The notes: generated by a model from the letters alone, not told the origin. A DNA stretch of 64,000 nt from Alphaproteobacteria bacterium (GCA_033851915.1 JAWSVM010000002.1:3742-67741); one strand, 5' to 3'. Positions 1 to 10,333 are shown, counted from the first letter of the stretch. Numbers and translations: made by a program.

Positions 1-9
1 ATCGCCCTC

Positions 10-543
10 ATGGAGAAAACCACTTTAAGGTCAACAAAAACGCTACATGGTTATGCTCCGGAATTTCTTAAATCACAGGGGCATAACGGCAACATATCCG
101 ATGATTTATACGCCGCCAGCATTACCTCTCCGATTTTAAATAATGAAATATCCGGTGATAAATATATCGGCCTTGTTGGCTCAGAAGCCTTTAAATTTGC
201 CAACCAAAGTAATAAAATTTCAAAAAAAGTGTCCCTCTTTCACAAAGAAGCCATTCCAATAGAAGCCAAAGTCCTTCACCTCACCCATATTGTTAGAAGA
301 ATGAATTCCGCAATCAGGGTAATAGACGATAAAGTAGAAAAAATACATTCCATTCCCCCTAAAGTACATCAAGCAACCCTTGATATATTGGAGCATACGG
401 AAGATTTATGCCTAAGGTCAGAGAGATCACCGCTAGAAGATATGATCCAGAGGAAATATAATATCTTACAGGAAACACTGGAGAACACCCCAATCAATGA
501 CAGGGATAATGTCTTCCAAATATCAAGCGCCCCATCACACTAA
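10..543 (+). CDS. hypothetical protein; reading frame is open back to base 1, so it may be 5'-truncated by the window edge
   Basis: 177-aa ORF with no recognisable motif. Its 3' end overlaps the convergent neighbour by 9 bp. Confidence 0.35.
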   Translation: MEKTTLRSTKTLHGYAPEFLKSQGHNGNISDDLYAASITSPILNNEISGDKYIGLVGSEAFKFANQSNKISKKVSLFHKEAIPIEAKVLHLTHIVRRMNSAIRVIDDKVEKIHSIPPKVHQATLDILEHTEDLCLRSERSPLEDMIQRKYNILQETLENTPINDRDNVFQISSAPSH

Positions 544-1713
544 AGCAAGGTTAATCTGTTCTTTCATGTTTTTGGCCGCAACAGTGTACCCCCCAGCCAT
601 CCCGTCAACAAAATGCAGATGATTTTCCGCGCGTTCAAAAACCAGGCACGTCATCATGACCGAACTTGAAATGCTCACCCCGTAAAACAAATCACCATCG
701 TCATGCCTTTGCGAAAGATAGGATAATAATGCCTCTGCCTGCGCATGGCTACTATCCAGAATAACCCGCAAAGTATCATCGAATTTCTGAAAATCTGTAT
801 TTTCAGCAGCATCCGAGACATACTTCTCCCCCTCAAAGTCAGAAACCGTCACATCAAACTTTATCAAAAGCATTGCCAGCATATTCTCAATCTTCATCTT
901 CATCAGATAGCCAATGCGCTGAAAAACGTTACCGCCACGCGTTTTAACGCCCAACTCCTGCTCCAGACTTTTAGAATTAAGAGATAATTTCATATTATTT
1001 ACTTTAACAGGGCTATATTCCTCTGCACTGCCAAATATATGGTCAATTTCTGCCATAATCTCGTTATAAACGGCATAACCGTGACGTGATTCAACCATTA
1101 AGGTCACTATTTGGTCTTTTTTTGCCATAACCGGATCCCATCGGCACTCAAGCCCATCAAAGTTAGCTTTCTTTGGAGGTTTCCCATGCGTGTATTTCTC
1201 TACCCCATAAGCATCACCACTCTGGCCGCCCTTCACCAAGCCTTCCGCATAAGCCATACCGCCACCATGGAACATCGCAATATGTATCATGTCGGAGACT
1301 TTATATTTTGAAACCTGTAATGATTTACCAGCCTTCAAAAGCTCAAGCATAGATACCGCGCCAACACGAAGATCCAAACCAAACACATCCACAGCCATAG
1401 ACTTCGTATCCATCAAAGCCAGCGATACCGCCTCCATTAAATGATCAGGGATAAGAAAGCTCGCCCCATCACCGCCAAAAACATAGGGAATGTCGATATC
1501 CCCAACTTCATTCAACACCGCAATAATGCACGATGCCCCAACCATATTAACGGATTTATACTGCCCCTTCGAAACCGCCTCGGTTGAGCCTTTAACATCA
1601 GCGATAACAACGTGCCAATCCTCAGGCACACAGACATGATGCCGAGTATCAAATACATTCGAAAACCCCGCAACGGCCTCCATATCATTAAAAAAATTCT
1701 GTGTTGTACGCAT
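535..1713 (-). CDS. DUF3095-like protein with a nucleotidyl-cyclase-like N-terminal core
   Basis: 392-aa [16 protein letters not shown] ... [12 protein letters not shown] resembles the metal-binding strands of class III cyclase folds. The family assignment is from memory. Confidence 0.55.
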   Translation of the reverse strand: MRTTQNFFNDMEAVAGFSNVFDTRHHVCVPEDWHVVIADVKGSTEAVSKGQYKSVNMVGASCIIAVLNEVGDIDIPYVFGGDGASFLIPDHLMEAVSLALMDTKSMAVDVFGLDLRVGAVSMLELLKAGKSLQVSKYKVSDMIHIAMFHGGGMAYAEGLVKGGQSGDAYGVEKYTHGKPPKKANFDGLECRWDPVMAKKDQIVTLMVESRHGYAVYNEIMAEIDHIFGSAEEYSPVKVNNMKLSLNSKSLEQELGVKTRGGNVFQRIGYLMKMKIENMLAMLLIKFDVTVSDFEGEKYVSDAAENTDFQKFDDTLRVILDSSHAQAEALLSYLSQRHDDGDLFYGVSISSSVMMTCLVFERAENHLHFVDGMAGGYTVAAKNMKEQINLALV

Positions 1714-1851
1714 TTAATTAAGCAACCTTTAGAAATGAATAAATCAACGTGCATGCTATCATATTGCATAATGTTCGTCTCTAGATTGATATTTAAACAG
1801 ATAGCCGAGTTTCTCCTTGGCTTTATCGATTATTCGCGTTACACATTTCTC

Positions 1852-2529
1852 ATGACTGATAAACAAAAATTGATTTTAGCAGTGCCAAAAGGCCGTATTT
1901 TAGAAGAGCTAATGCCGCTTTTAAGTGCGTGCAACATCACCCCAGAAGATGATTTCACCAACGACAAAAGCCGGAAATTGCAATTCACCACCAATCATGA
2001 TGGGTTGGATATTATCCGTGTGCGTGCCTTTGATGTCGCAACCTTTGTTGCCTATGGCGGGGCACATTTGGGCGTTGTCGGCAGTGATGCAATTGAAGAA
2101 TTTAACTACTCCGAGATTTATGCCCCCCTTGATTTGGGCATTGGCGCATGCCGCCTATCCGTTGCGATGCCCACCGAAGACGCCGCAACAGACGACCCGA
2201 CAAAATGGAGCCACATTCGCGTTGCCACAAAATACCCCTCTTTAACGGCGCGCCACTTCGCAAAGCGCGGTGTTCAAACTGAATGTATCAAGCTGAACGG
2301 TGCAATGGAAATTGCCCCTGCCCTCGGTTTAGCCAAGCGTATTGTCGATCTGGTTTCAACGGGAAACACCCTTAAGGCCAACAATATGGTTGAGATAGAA
2401 AAGATACTAGACGTATCGTCTCGCCTCATAGTCAACCGTAGCATTCAAAAAACCCGTGTTAAAGAAATCACAGCATGGATTGATGCCTTCAGAGACGCTG
2501 TCAAAAACAGGCCACCTTCCAATGGATAA
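1852..2529 (+). CDS. hisG: ATP phosphoribosyltransferase, short form
   Basis: An in-frame ATG at 1852 gives [19 protein letters not shown]..., about 225 aa. [13 protein letters not shown] is the typical HisG motif. The upstream part of the 1612 ORF looks non-coding. Confidence 0.9.
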   Translation: MTDKQKLILAVPKGRILEELMPLLSACNITPEDDFTNDKSRKLQFTTNHDGLDIIRVRAFDVATFVAYGGAHLGVVGSDAIEEFNYSEIYAPLDLGIGACRLSVAMPTEDAATDDPTKWSHIRVATKYPSLTARHFAKRGVQTECIKLNGAMEIAPALGLAKRIVDLVSTGNTLKANNMVEIEKILDVSSRLIVNRSIQKTRVKEITAWIDAFRDAVKNRPPSNG

Positions 2530-3019
2530 CAACAACAACAAAAGCCGAATACACTCCATCCGCCTGACCAAAAAAGATGCCCCCACCGTTGCCCACCTAA
2601 TTCAAAGAGATTGCGACATTGCCCTCAGGGATTTAAAACAAGACAGCTATTTCCAACCAGCAGATGATGATAATGGCCCCTATGCGTTGGAACTCTATAT
2701 CGAAGAAAACAGGCTTATCTTCCATACCCAGAATAACGAACAAAAAGACCTACCCTATTTGGTGTTATCGCTAACCCCTTACCGCCGTTTGATAAAAGAT
2801 TACTTCATGATTGTCAGCAGTTACGACGACGCCCTAAGAGACGGCAAACCCTCGCGCATAGAAGCCATCGATATGGGGCGGCGCGGCTTGCACAATGAAG
2901 GGGCGGAACTATTGCAGGAACGCCTATCCGGAAAAATAGAGCTTAATTTCGACACCGCCCGCCGATTATTCACCCTGATTTGCATCCTCCACACCGGAAA
3001 AGCCCATATATTGCGGTGA
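2522..3019 (+). CDS. UPF0262 family protein
   Basis: [39 protein letters not shown] and [14 protein letters not shown] match the conserved alphaproteobacterial UPF0262 signature. The ATG at 2522 overlaps the hisG stop. Confidence 0.85.
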   Translation: MDNNNNKSRIHSIRLTKKDAPTVAHLIQRDCDIALRDLKQDSYFQPADDDNGPYALELYIEENRLIFHTQNNEQKDLPYLVLSLTPYRRLIKDYFMIVSSYDDALRDGKPSRIEAIDMGRRGLHNEGAELLQERLSGKIELNFDTARRLFTLICILHTGKAHILR

Positions 3020-3101
3020 TACAGGCAAGAATTGACGCCACGCAATAAACAGTATAGAACCACCGTAGTTTACTTACTCATTAGAAAAGATTTAAAAGCC
3101 C

Positions 3102-3320
3102 ATGGCAAAAGAAGAATTACTAGAATTTAAAGGCGTTGTAACCGAAGTCCTACCAAACGCGATGTTCCGTGTTACATTGGAAAACGAGCATATTATTCTG
3201 GCGCATACCGCCGGAAAAATGCGTAAAAACCGTATCCGCGTCCTTCAAGGTGATTCAGTCGTTGTTGAAATGACGCCTTACGATTTATCAAAAGGCCGCA
3301 TTATTTTCCGCGAGAAATAA
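3102..3320 (+). CDS. infA: translation initiation factor IF-1
   Basis: 72 aa with near-canonical IF-1 sequence (MAKEE...[16 protein letters not shown]...[11 protein letters not shown]). Confidence 0.97.
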   Translation: MAKEELLEFKGVVTEVLPNAMFRVTLENEHIILAHTAGKMRKNRIRVLQGDSVVVEMTPYDLSKGRIIFREK

Positions 3321-3357
3321 CCAATACGCGCCGACAAACCGAAGAAGGCCATTCACC

Positions 3358-3960
3358 ATGACGGCCAAAAATTCAGCACAAGCAAAAGACCTCATCCTCG
3401 CCTCTGCGTCACCGCGACGCGTGGACTTGCTGCAACAAATCGGCATCGTCCCTGCTAAAATTATCCCTGCTGACATTGATGAAACACCATTAAAAAGTGA
3501 ACATCCCCGCGACTTAGCCCAACGCCTTGCCCTTGAAAAAGCAAAAGCCATCGCCAAAGATAACCCAAACACATTCATCATGGCCGCCGATACGGTTGTT
3601 GCCTGCGGACGGCGTATACTTCCCAAAGCCGAAACCGAAGACCAAGCACGTAATTGCCTAAACCTTCTATCAGGGCGCAGACACCATGTTTACGGCGGCA
3701 TTTGCATTATCACTGATAACGGAAAAGAAATAACCAGACTCTGCGACACCATCGTCAAATTCAAACCCCTGACAGATCACGACATAAGCACCTATATCGA
3801 CACAGGTGAATGGGATGGCAAAGCCGGAGGCTACGCAATACAAGGGTTTGCCGCATCATACATTTCATTCATGCAAGGATCATATTCTAACGTGGTCGGG
3901 CTATCACTTTATGATATAATGCAAATTCTGCGCGGAAATGACTTTTTCTGCAAAAAGTAA
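3358..3960 (+). CDS. maf: Maf-like nucleoside triphosphate pyrophosphatase
   Basis: LILASASPRR..LL, AADTVV and GKAGGYAIQG motifs. Confidence 0.9.
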   Translation: MTAKNSAQAKDLILASASPRRVDLLQQIGIVPAKIIPADIDETPLKSEHPRDLAQRLALEKAKAIAKDNPNTFIMAADTVVACGRRILPKAETEDQARNCLNLLSGRRHHVYGGICIITDNGKEITRLCDTIVKFKPLTDHDISTYIDTGEWDGKAGGYAIQGFAASYISFMQGSYSNVVGLSLYDIMQILRGNDFFCKK

Positions 3961-4004
3961 CAATTGAACACCTAAATCTAGTCATTCATATCTTTATACG
4001 GGCA

Positions 4005-4057
4005 AGGAACGAGTGACACTGCGTATATTAAATACGCTAGGAACCGAGTGACGCTGC
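4005..4057 (+). promoter_or_regulatory. structured leader element upstream of the RNase E/G gene: two direct repeats AGGAAC(C)GAGTGAC(A/G)CTGC flanking a GCGTAT-ATTAA-ATACGC hairpin
   Basis: Read directly. Repeat copies lie at 4005-4022 and 4039-4057, and the hairpin at 4021-4037. Confidence 0.5.
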
Positions 4058-4080
4058 CCCGAATAAATAGATGGATGACT

Positions 4081-5307
4081 ATGGATATACTGATTGAAGA
4101 ACTGGAAAACAGCATTTGGACAATCGCCCTTGATAACGGTCGTCTTGAAGGGATTGAAATTGATTCTCCACTTGAAGCCGTGCGATGGGGTTCTATTTAC
4201 TGGGCGAAAATCACACGCATAGATGCCAGCCTCGACGCCGCTTTCCTTGACCTGGATGGTGATAATTCAGGCATATTATACAATCGCGATATCCGTTACA
4301 AAGATAAGGATGACAAAATTTGTAAAGGCGGTGACAAAGCCATCGGGAAAATTTTGAAATCAGGGGATATGATCGCCGTTCAAGCGAAAAGCGCTTACAC
4401 CCCAGCCGCCGACGGCGATGCATGGCTGGGCAGCGAAGATAAAACAACCCAAATGAGCATGGACATCACCCTCCCCGGTCGTTATCTGATTTATTGTGCC
4501 TTTGGCAAGAAGAACAGAATTTCCAGCCGTATCCGCGACAAAGACTTACGCAAGCAACTCGAAACCATGGTGAATACGCTTGAAGACATGAACGGCTTCA
4601 TATTGCGCAATGCCGCCGCAGATTTACAAACCGAAATCATAGAACGCGAAGCCCATGTCCTTAAAGAAATATGGTTACAAATCAGCACCTACTTAGAAGG
4701 TAAAAAACCAACCCTCATCGCCCTTGGCCCTGATGCGATACAACGCACCCTCAGCGACCAAGCCATTAACCCGATTGAACGCATAGAAGTGGTCACAATG
4801 GAACACTTCACACAAGCAGAGGAATGGTGCTCCATCTTCGCACCGGATCTTATGATGAAGATAACCCCCATTGAGCTGGATGATGCCACGCAAGATCTGG
4901 CCTTGCTGGAATATCGTGATGTTTTAGGGCAAATTGAATCCTTGCTCCATGATTATACGTTTTTGCAAAAAGGCGGTAATATCATTATTCAAGAAACCGC
5001 CGCGCTGACCGCCATAGACGTAAACAAAGGCAGTGAAACACGATCTCACCTTGCATTAAACATCGATGCTGCCCGCGAAATCGGCAGACAAATACGCCTA
5101 CGCAATGTAGGGGGGATAATCGTTGTCGACTTTCTAAAAATGAATAAAACCGATGAGAAAAAACTCCTCAAAGAACTGGATAATGTGATTAACCTAGATC
5201 CCTGCACTGTCCAGATACATGGATTCACAAAACTAGGCCTTATGGAACTCACCCGAAAACGCCGCACACCGTCCCTTCACGACCGTTTTGACGGGCTAAC
5301 ATTCTAA
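4081..5307 (+). CDS. rng: ribonuclease E/G family protein (RNase G-like)
   Basis: S1-like N-terminus (IYWAKITRIDASLDAAFLDLDG) and catalytic-domain motifs (TAIDVNKG, GGIIVVDFLKM). The start is chosen at ATG 4081; GTG 4048 and ATG 4075 are also possible. Confidence 0.85.
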   Translation: MDILIEELENSIWTIALDNGRLEGIEIDSPLEAVRWGSIYWAKITRIDASLDAAFLDLDGDNSGILYNRDIRYKDKDDKICKGGDKAIGKILKSGDMIAVQAKSAYTPAADGDAWLGSEDKTTQMSMDITLPGRYLIYCAFGKKNRISSRIRDKDLRKQLETMVNTLEDMNGFILRNAAADLQTEIIEREAHVLKEIWLQISTYLEGKKPTLIALGPDAIQRTLSDQAINPIERIEVVTMEHFTQAEEWCSIFAPDLMMKITPIELDDATQDLALLEYRDVLGQIESLLHDYTFLQKGGNIIIQETAALTAIDVNKGSETRSHLALNIDAAREIGRQIRLRNVGGIIVVDFLKMNKTDEKKLLKELDNVINLDPCTVQIHGFTKLGLMELTRKRRTPSLHDRFDGLTF

Positions 5308-5385
5308 TGCAATAAATTTGCATCATCCAAACGCAATATGCTACAATACCGCATAATAAAAATATAATTAGATGGGTGCAGTAGG

Positions 5386-5646
5386 ATGAAAAATCCAAAA
5401 CAAAAATTATTAAGTGGAGTCGCAAGCACGGCCCTTATATTCATGAGTGCATGCACCACTCTTCCGGAACCTGAGAACGTTGAAACGCCAGAGCCAACAG
5501 CTGAAACATGCCAACAAGAAACCAACGAAGAATGCCCGGCGACAAGCCGTATGAGAAGTTTACGAGACGGTATTCTAAAAGGGGAAAAAATAAAACATTC
5601 TGAAGGGGCAAACACGAACACCGCCCCAATCATAGAGCCTGAGTAG
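5386..5646 (+). CDS. small putative lipoprotein
   Basis: The signal sequence ends in the lipobox-like FMSAC. It sits 8 bp upstream of the next ORF. Confidence 0.45.
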   Translation: MKNPKQKLLSGVASTALIFMSACTTLPEPENVETPEPTAETCQQETNEECPATSRMRSLRDGILKGEKIKHSEGANTNTAPIIEPE

Positions 5647-5653
5647 ATAAGAT

Positions 5654-7525
5654 ATGCCACCTAGCCAACATATGCGAAAAGTACGGGAAAGAGTTCTGGA
5701 AAATGTCAGAGAGCATGCCCGTGAACGCGCCTATACTGATGGCATAGAAGAAGTAAGTGATAGAGAAGACATCTTCTTTGTTGACCCTGATAAATTAACA
5801 TCCAGTGATCCTGAACAATTATTGAAACAGCTTCTCAAACAGGTGGAAGGCCAACTCCCGGGAGAGTTCGCCGACAACGAAGTTGACATCAAAAACATTA
5901 TGACAGACGGAGAGGCAGCCGAAGCATTTATACTTTTCGCTAATAAGATGAAAGATTCCGGCCCTGCCGCTGTAACAGGCGTTGGAATCGTAATAATGCC
6001 TTCTTCTGATTACGAGACAAAAGAAGCCTTCCTACGCTCCACACTCGAAGATATCTATGATGAAGACATAGTAAAGAACATCATAGACAACATGCCCGGT
6101 AACGATAAAGACTGGAACCGTCTCATTGGAAATCACGAAGGCACACATATTGCGGAAGACAATGATTACGACAGCCCTTTGGAAAGATTAACCGAAGAAA
6201 CACGCGCTGACGTCGGTGCAGAAGCTGCCGCACATAATCGTGGGGATGGTGATATTGCATTCGCATTCAGAGATTTAAGACATTTAAGAGCTGATATGGA
6301 TATAAGCCATGCAACAGGCGTCTCCCTAACATCAGGTGATCCTATATCTCAACTTCATGTAGATGTCGCAGAAACATTCAAAGATACGATGAGTGATCTC
6401 GTTGATACATTTTTCGATTGGGAAGAATATGAAGGCAAAGCAACAACGCCGGAAGCACTCTTAGAAGAAAATCCGGAAGCTTATTTTAATGCTATTGATA
6501 AAGGGATCGACGAAGTAACTTCGCAGCTAGAAAATGCTCTCGCAACATACGATAAACCGCTCACTTTTGATGAAACAACAGACATTGTCAGAGCTCAAAT
6601 TGAAGTTGATTACATCAAAAACTATGAAGGTGCTTACCGCCGCCGCGTGATGGATCAAGACATACCGGAACATAAGCCAACGCAATTTATTTCCCAAGAA
6701 GCAGAAAATGCATTCTACGTCGAGTTTGCCGAGAAAAATAAAGAACCTGATCCAACACCTGCCGAGCTGGAACAAGAGAAACATGAAGAGGTACTTGGCG
6801 AAAATAATAACATCCCGAAACAAGCTTTCGAAAATTTTGACTGGGAAGCCTATGAAGGTAAAGCAACAACAACGGGAGAGCTCTTATTTGAAGATTCTGG
6901 TTTGTACTATCAGGTTCAAATCGAATACATGAAAGAGATGCAAGACAAGGCGCAAGCTCAATATGACACAGACCCATCCTATGAAAACACCCAAAAACTG
7001 ATAGAGGCAGAAACCCTTATCAATAACCGTTACGAAAGCATGGATAGATATCGCTCAGAGATTCTTGGGGAAAACGTAATACTGCGCGAAGCTCTAGAGC
7101 TTATCCCTGAAGACAAGAAAGATGCCTATTATGAAGAACGGGCAAATCGTAATAACCACGCCACGCCCGAAGCACAGCCGGAAATCACAGAGCCAACAAC
7201 AAAGGTTCCCGAAGCAGAAACAAAAGGCATCACAGAGAGCAGTGCCACCAACACCATAGAGCCAGAAAAAGCATATGAAGTAGGTGTCAACGACTCCGTC
7301 TATACAACAGAAGTCTCAGGCGTGACATCAGGCGCACCCTCTGTTGATTTTGAGGAAGGTGTTACCGTTAACGGCGCGCCAATAACCAATGTCTTTGCAG
7401 AGATGGCTAACCCTGATCCAAACGACATAAAACTTGTTGATGCACGCACGACAACACCCGAAGAGCAATTCACATTTCCAATTCAGGATGCCCAAAATAA
7501 CGCCAATATCTCGATGACAGCATAA
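5654..7525 (+). CDS. acidic hypothetical protein with an HExxH motif and an internal domain duplication
   Basis: 623 aa with no signal peptide. HEGTH is encoded at 6134-6148. The motif DWE(E/A)YEGKATT occurs twice (6416-6448 and 6839-6871). Confidence 0.6.
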   Translation: MPPSQHMRKVRERVLENVREHARERAYTDGIEEVSDREDIFFVDPDKLTSSDPEQLLKQLLKQVEGQLPGEFADNEVDIKNIMTDGEAAEAFILFANKMKDSGPAAVTGVGIVIMPSSDYETKEAFLRSTLEDIYDEDIVKNIIDNMPGNDKDWNRLIGNHEGTHIAEDNDYDSPLERLTEETRADVGAEAAAHNRGDGDIAFAFRDLRHLRADMDISHATGVSLTSGDPISQLHVDVAETFKDTMSDLVDTFFDWEEYEGKATTPEALLEENPEAYFNAIDKGIDEVTSQLENALATYDKPLTFDETTDIVRAQIEVDYIKNYEGAYRRRVMDQDIPEHKPTQFISQEAENAFYVEFAEKNKEPDPTPAELEQEKHEEVLGENNNIPKQAFENFDWEAYEGKATTTGELLFEDSGLYYQVQIEYMKEMQDKAQAQYDTDPSYENTQKLIEAETLINNRYESMDRYRSEILGENVILREALELIPEDKKDAYYEERANRNNHATPEAQPEITEPTTKVPEAETKGITESSATNTIEPEKAYEVGVNDSVYTTEVSGVTSGAPSVDFEEGVTVNGAPITNVFAEMANPDPNDIKLVDARTTTPEEQFTFPIQDAQNNANISMTA

Positions 7526-7619
7526 ATCCAGAGAAATATTTCCAACAACATAAACTAAGTCTGGACATCCCCACTCAATTATCTTATAAGCCGTATACCT
7601 CGTGATTAAATTCACCCGT

Positions 7620-7694
7620 GCCCGGGTAGCTCAGGGGTAGAGCAAGGGATTGAAAATCCCTGTGTCGGTGGTTCGATTCTGCCCCCGGGCACCA
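7620..7694 (+). tRNA. tRNA-Phe (GAA)
   Basis: 75-nt cloverleaf: acceptor GCCCGGG/CCCGGGC, anticodon stem AGGGA/TCCCT, loop TTGAAAA, T-loop TTCGATT, encoded CCA. Confidence 0.93.
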
Positions 7695-7733
7695 TTTTTT
7701 CTTTAAAAATGGATATCCTCTTATCAAAAATAG

Positions 7734-7754
7734 AGTTCGAATAAAATTCGAACT
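7734..7754. terminator. perfect 9-bp hairpin AGTTCGAAT-AAA-ATTCGAACT, probably a bidirectional terminator
   Basis: T-rich sequence follows on both strands (GGCACCATTTTTTCT on plus, CTATTTTTG on minus). It lies between tRNA-Phe and the convergent 474-aa gene. Confidence 0.6.
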
Positions 7755-7769
7755 GGCACCATTTTTTCT
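7755..7769 (+). repeat. 15-bp direct copy of the tRNA-Phe 3' end plus trailer (GGCACCATTTTTTCT; first copy 7688-7702)
   Basis: Exact match read in the sequence. Confidence 0.8.
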
Positions 7770-7823
7770 CAATATAAAGATATTTGAAAATAGTTAGGAA
7801 TTCTCTATAGAATCCAAAACTGT

Positions 7824-9248
7824 TTATATTTTAAAAGGAACTGAAGTCTCTGTAGGAAGAACGGCTTGCTCAATCACTGTATCCGAAGCATTTTCAAGAT
7901 TCTGCCCTACAGCTTGATTGCTTCTCTCTTCCGGATTTTCTAAAGCATCAACGACCTGAGAAGCAACATCCGCAGCAATTATCTTTGCCGTCTTTTCTAC
8001 ATATTGCGTGCTATACGCTTTGTAACCATCATCATCCGAATAAGTAACACGATTTAGCGCCGACATTGTTGCGTGGTGCTCTAATGGCACGCCCTCCGGC
8101 AGCGTCCCCAAAACCAACCTATCTGTCTGTATATGGTCTATACCATGTTGAATTTCTTCTAAGACCGACTCTAAAAAGAACCCAACCTCTTCACTGTCCG
8201 TCTGTGTAAATTGTGGCGGCCTTTCCATTAGAAAATAAGCAGGATTATAACGCAAAATAATTGTTTCATCATTTAGAATCCCGGGAACTCCAGACGAACT
8301 CATATAACCTAACTCACGCCCCGCTTCTATATCCGCTCTGGACTTATGGACAACAGTCACATCATCACCGGTCAATATATCCGACATTCCATAGCTTTTC
8401 GCCGCCACCACAGTGATCGCATCCGCAATACGCTCTCTCACTCTAAACTGCGCCTGAAGGTCACTCGCCGTTTCAATATTCCCCGGCGCCCTAATAAGAG
8501 CCATATCCGCCATAATTTCAGGGTTACTCGTAATCGCGTTTATTATTTCCGTTCTGCGCGCCATTTCCCACGCATCATAGGCATCACCCTCATCATGCGC
8601 GTAATGCATGTAACCTCTGGCCGTTTCATCAAAGTCCTGCCCTTGCAAATCTTCATCATCAACCGCATTTACATGTAAAATAGAATACGCAACCGCTCTT
8701 AATGTATTAGGGTCAGCATCCGGAAATTTCGTCAAAATATCCGCGCCGTTATCAACACCCGATAAATCTGCACGGGCAATTCCCTTCGCATCATCTAAAG
8801 AGAACCCCGCCAAAGACGGTATATGCGCAATTATATTTTCTACAGCTGAACGAGCATTCGCATCCTTATCCTCATTCAAATACGCAATGGCATTCTGATC
8901 GGAAAGCAACTGTTCAGGCGTTTTCTGTTCTTCACCAAAAATTAAAGCACTTACACTTTTCACCGTGTCAGAGACTAACCCTTCGCTATAATCAGGCTGC
9001 CAGTTTTTATCATTCGCCGCGATAATTATCGCTTCAATATCTGTTATCTCCGTTTTTCTGAGATCCATACGATCCATCGGGATACCAGCTTCTTCATTGA
9101 AATTCTTTTGTAAATACTGTGTCAGAATTTTATCGGATAATATGCGCTGGCTCTCTGTAGCACGAAAGCCATCAGGCAAAACACCATCTTTAAAACGGTT
9201 ATAATGCTCATCAAAACTATCTTTGTTATTCTGGGAATCTTCGCCCAT
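7824..9248 (-). CDS. acidic hypothetical protein
   Basis: 474-aa ORF with no signal peptide, no TM segment and no recognisable motif. Confidence 0.55.
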   Translation of the reverse strand: MGEDSQNNKDSFDEHYNRFKDGVLPDGFRATESQRILSDKILTQYLQKNFNEEAGIPMDRMDLRKTEITDIEAIIIAANDKNWQPDYSEGLVSDTVKSVSALIFGEEQKTPEQLLSDQNAIAYLNEDKDANARSAVENIIAHIPSLAGFSLDDAKGIARADLSGVDNGADILTKFPDADPNTLRAVAYSILHVNAVDDEDLQGQDFDETARGYMHYAHDEGDAYDAWEMARRTEIINAITSNPEIMADMALIRAPGNIETASDLQAQFRVRERIADAITVVAAKSYGMSDILTGDDVTVVHKSRADIEAGRELGYMSSSGVPGILNDETIILRYNPAYFLMERPPQFTQTDSEEVGFFLESVLEEIQHGIDHIQTDRLVLGTLPEGVPLEHHATMSALNRVTYSDDDGYKAYSTQYVEKTAKIIAADVASQVVDALENPEERSNQAVGQNLENASDTVIEQAVLPTETSVPFKI

Positions 9249-9397
9249 TCACCATCACCCTTTATGCCCGACTTCGCCCGACATTTTATTATTTTCTATA
9301 TAATAGCAATAAAGGCCGAAAAACACAAAAATTATAATCGAATCTCTCTTAAAAATCGTTAATCCCCTTTCATCTCCCGCTATATCATATTATAAAG

Positions 9398-10333
9398 ATG
9401 CCCATGGCTTCGGGATCTAAAAAAGTTATTATCGCTGCGCTGATCGGAAACGCTCTTATTTCCATCACAAAGTTCTTCGCTGCCTCTGTAACAGGCAGTG
9501 CCGCTATGCTGTCAGAAGGCATACATTCTCTAGTCGATACGGGAAATCAAATCCTTCTGCTCTATGGCTTAAAACGCGCGGCAAAGCCTGCAGACGCCGA
9601 ATTCCCCTTTGGACACGGCAAGGAAATCTATTTCTGGAGCTTTGTTGTCGCCATTCTGATTTTCTCTGTCGGCGCGGGTATATCCATTTTTGAAGGTATA
9701 AGCCATATTTACAACCCCTCAGAACTTCACGACCCGACAATCAACTATATAGTGCTTGGAATGGCCATCCTCTTCGAAGGGGCAGCCTTTCTCTTCGCCC
9801 TCAGGGAATTTAACAAAGTCCGCGGAAATCTAGGCTATGTCGAAGCCGTTCACAGCGGAAAAGACCCATCCCTATTCGTCGTTCTATTCGAAGACTTCGC
9901 CGCCTTACTTGGCCTGTTTGTTGCCTTAATCGGCATTACCCTCGCCCATATAACCCATAACCCACTATGGGATGGGATGGCATCCGTTGTTATTGGTGTT
10001 ATTCTTGGTTTAACCGCAATGTGGCTGGCCTATGAAACAAAAAGCCTGCTGATCGGTGAAGGCGCTAACCCTAAAATTGTTGAAGATATAAAGAATATCG
10101 CTGCAAGGTATGATGGCATAGAACAAATAAACGAAGTCCTCACCCTGCATATGGGGCCGGAATTTCTTCTGGTTAACATCAGCATTGATTTTGAAAACAA
10201 CCTGCCCGCAGGCAAGGTCGAACAGACCATTGCCGCGATTAGTGCCGACATAAAAGCCGCCCACCCCTTCGCGAAAAAAATATTTATCGAGGCCGAAGCC
10301 GCAAAATCATCCATTGAGACAACGCAAGCCTAA
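9398..10333 (+). CDS. cation diffusion facilitator family transporter
   Basis: The N-terminal TM region carries SAAMLSEGIHSLVDTGNQ, and FPFGHGKE follows. A C-terminal cytoplasmic domain is present. Confidence 0.9.
   Translation: MPMASGSKKVIIAALIGNALISITKFFAASVTGSAAMLSEGIHSLVDTGNQILLLYGLKRAAKPADAEFPFGHGKEIYFWSFVVAILIFSVGAGISIFEGISHIYNPSELHDPTINYIVLGMAILFEGAAFLFALREFNKVRGNLGYVEAVHSGKDPSLFVVLFEDFAALLGLFVALIGITLAHITHNPLWDGMASVVIGVILGLTAMWLAYETKSLLIGEGANPKIVEDIKNIAARYDGIEQINEVLTLHMGPEFLLVNISIDFENNLPAGKVEQTIAAISADIKAAHPFAKKIFIEAEAAKSSIETTQA

Noticed and set aside
7584-7772. 62-aa minus-strand ORF
   Set aside because: It lies antisense across tRNA-Phe and its terminator, so it is spurious.
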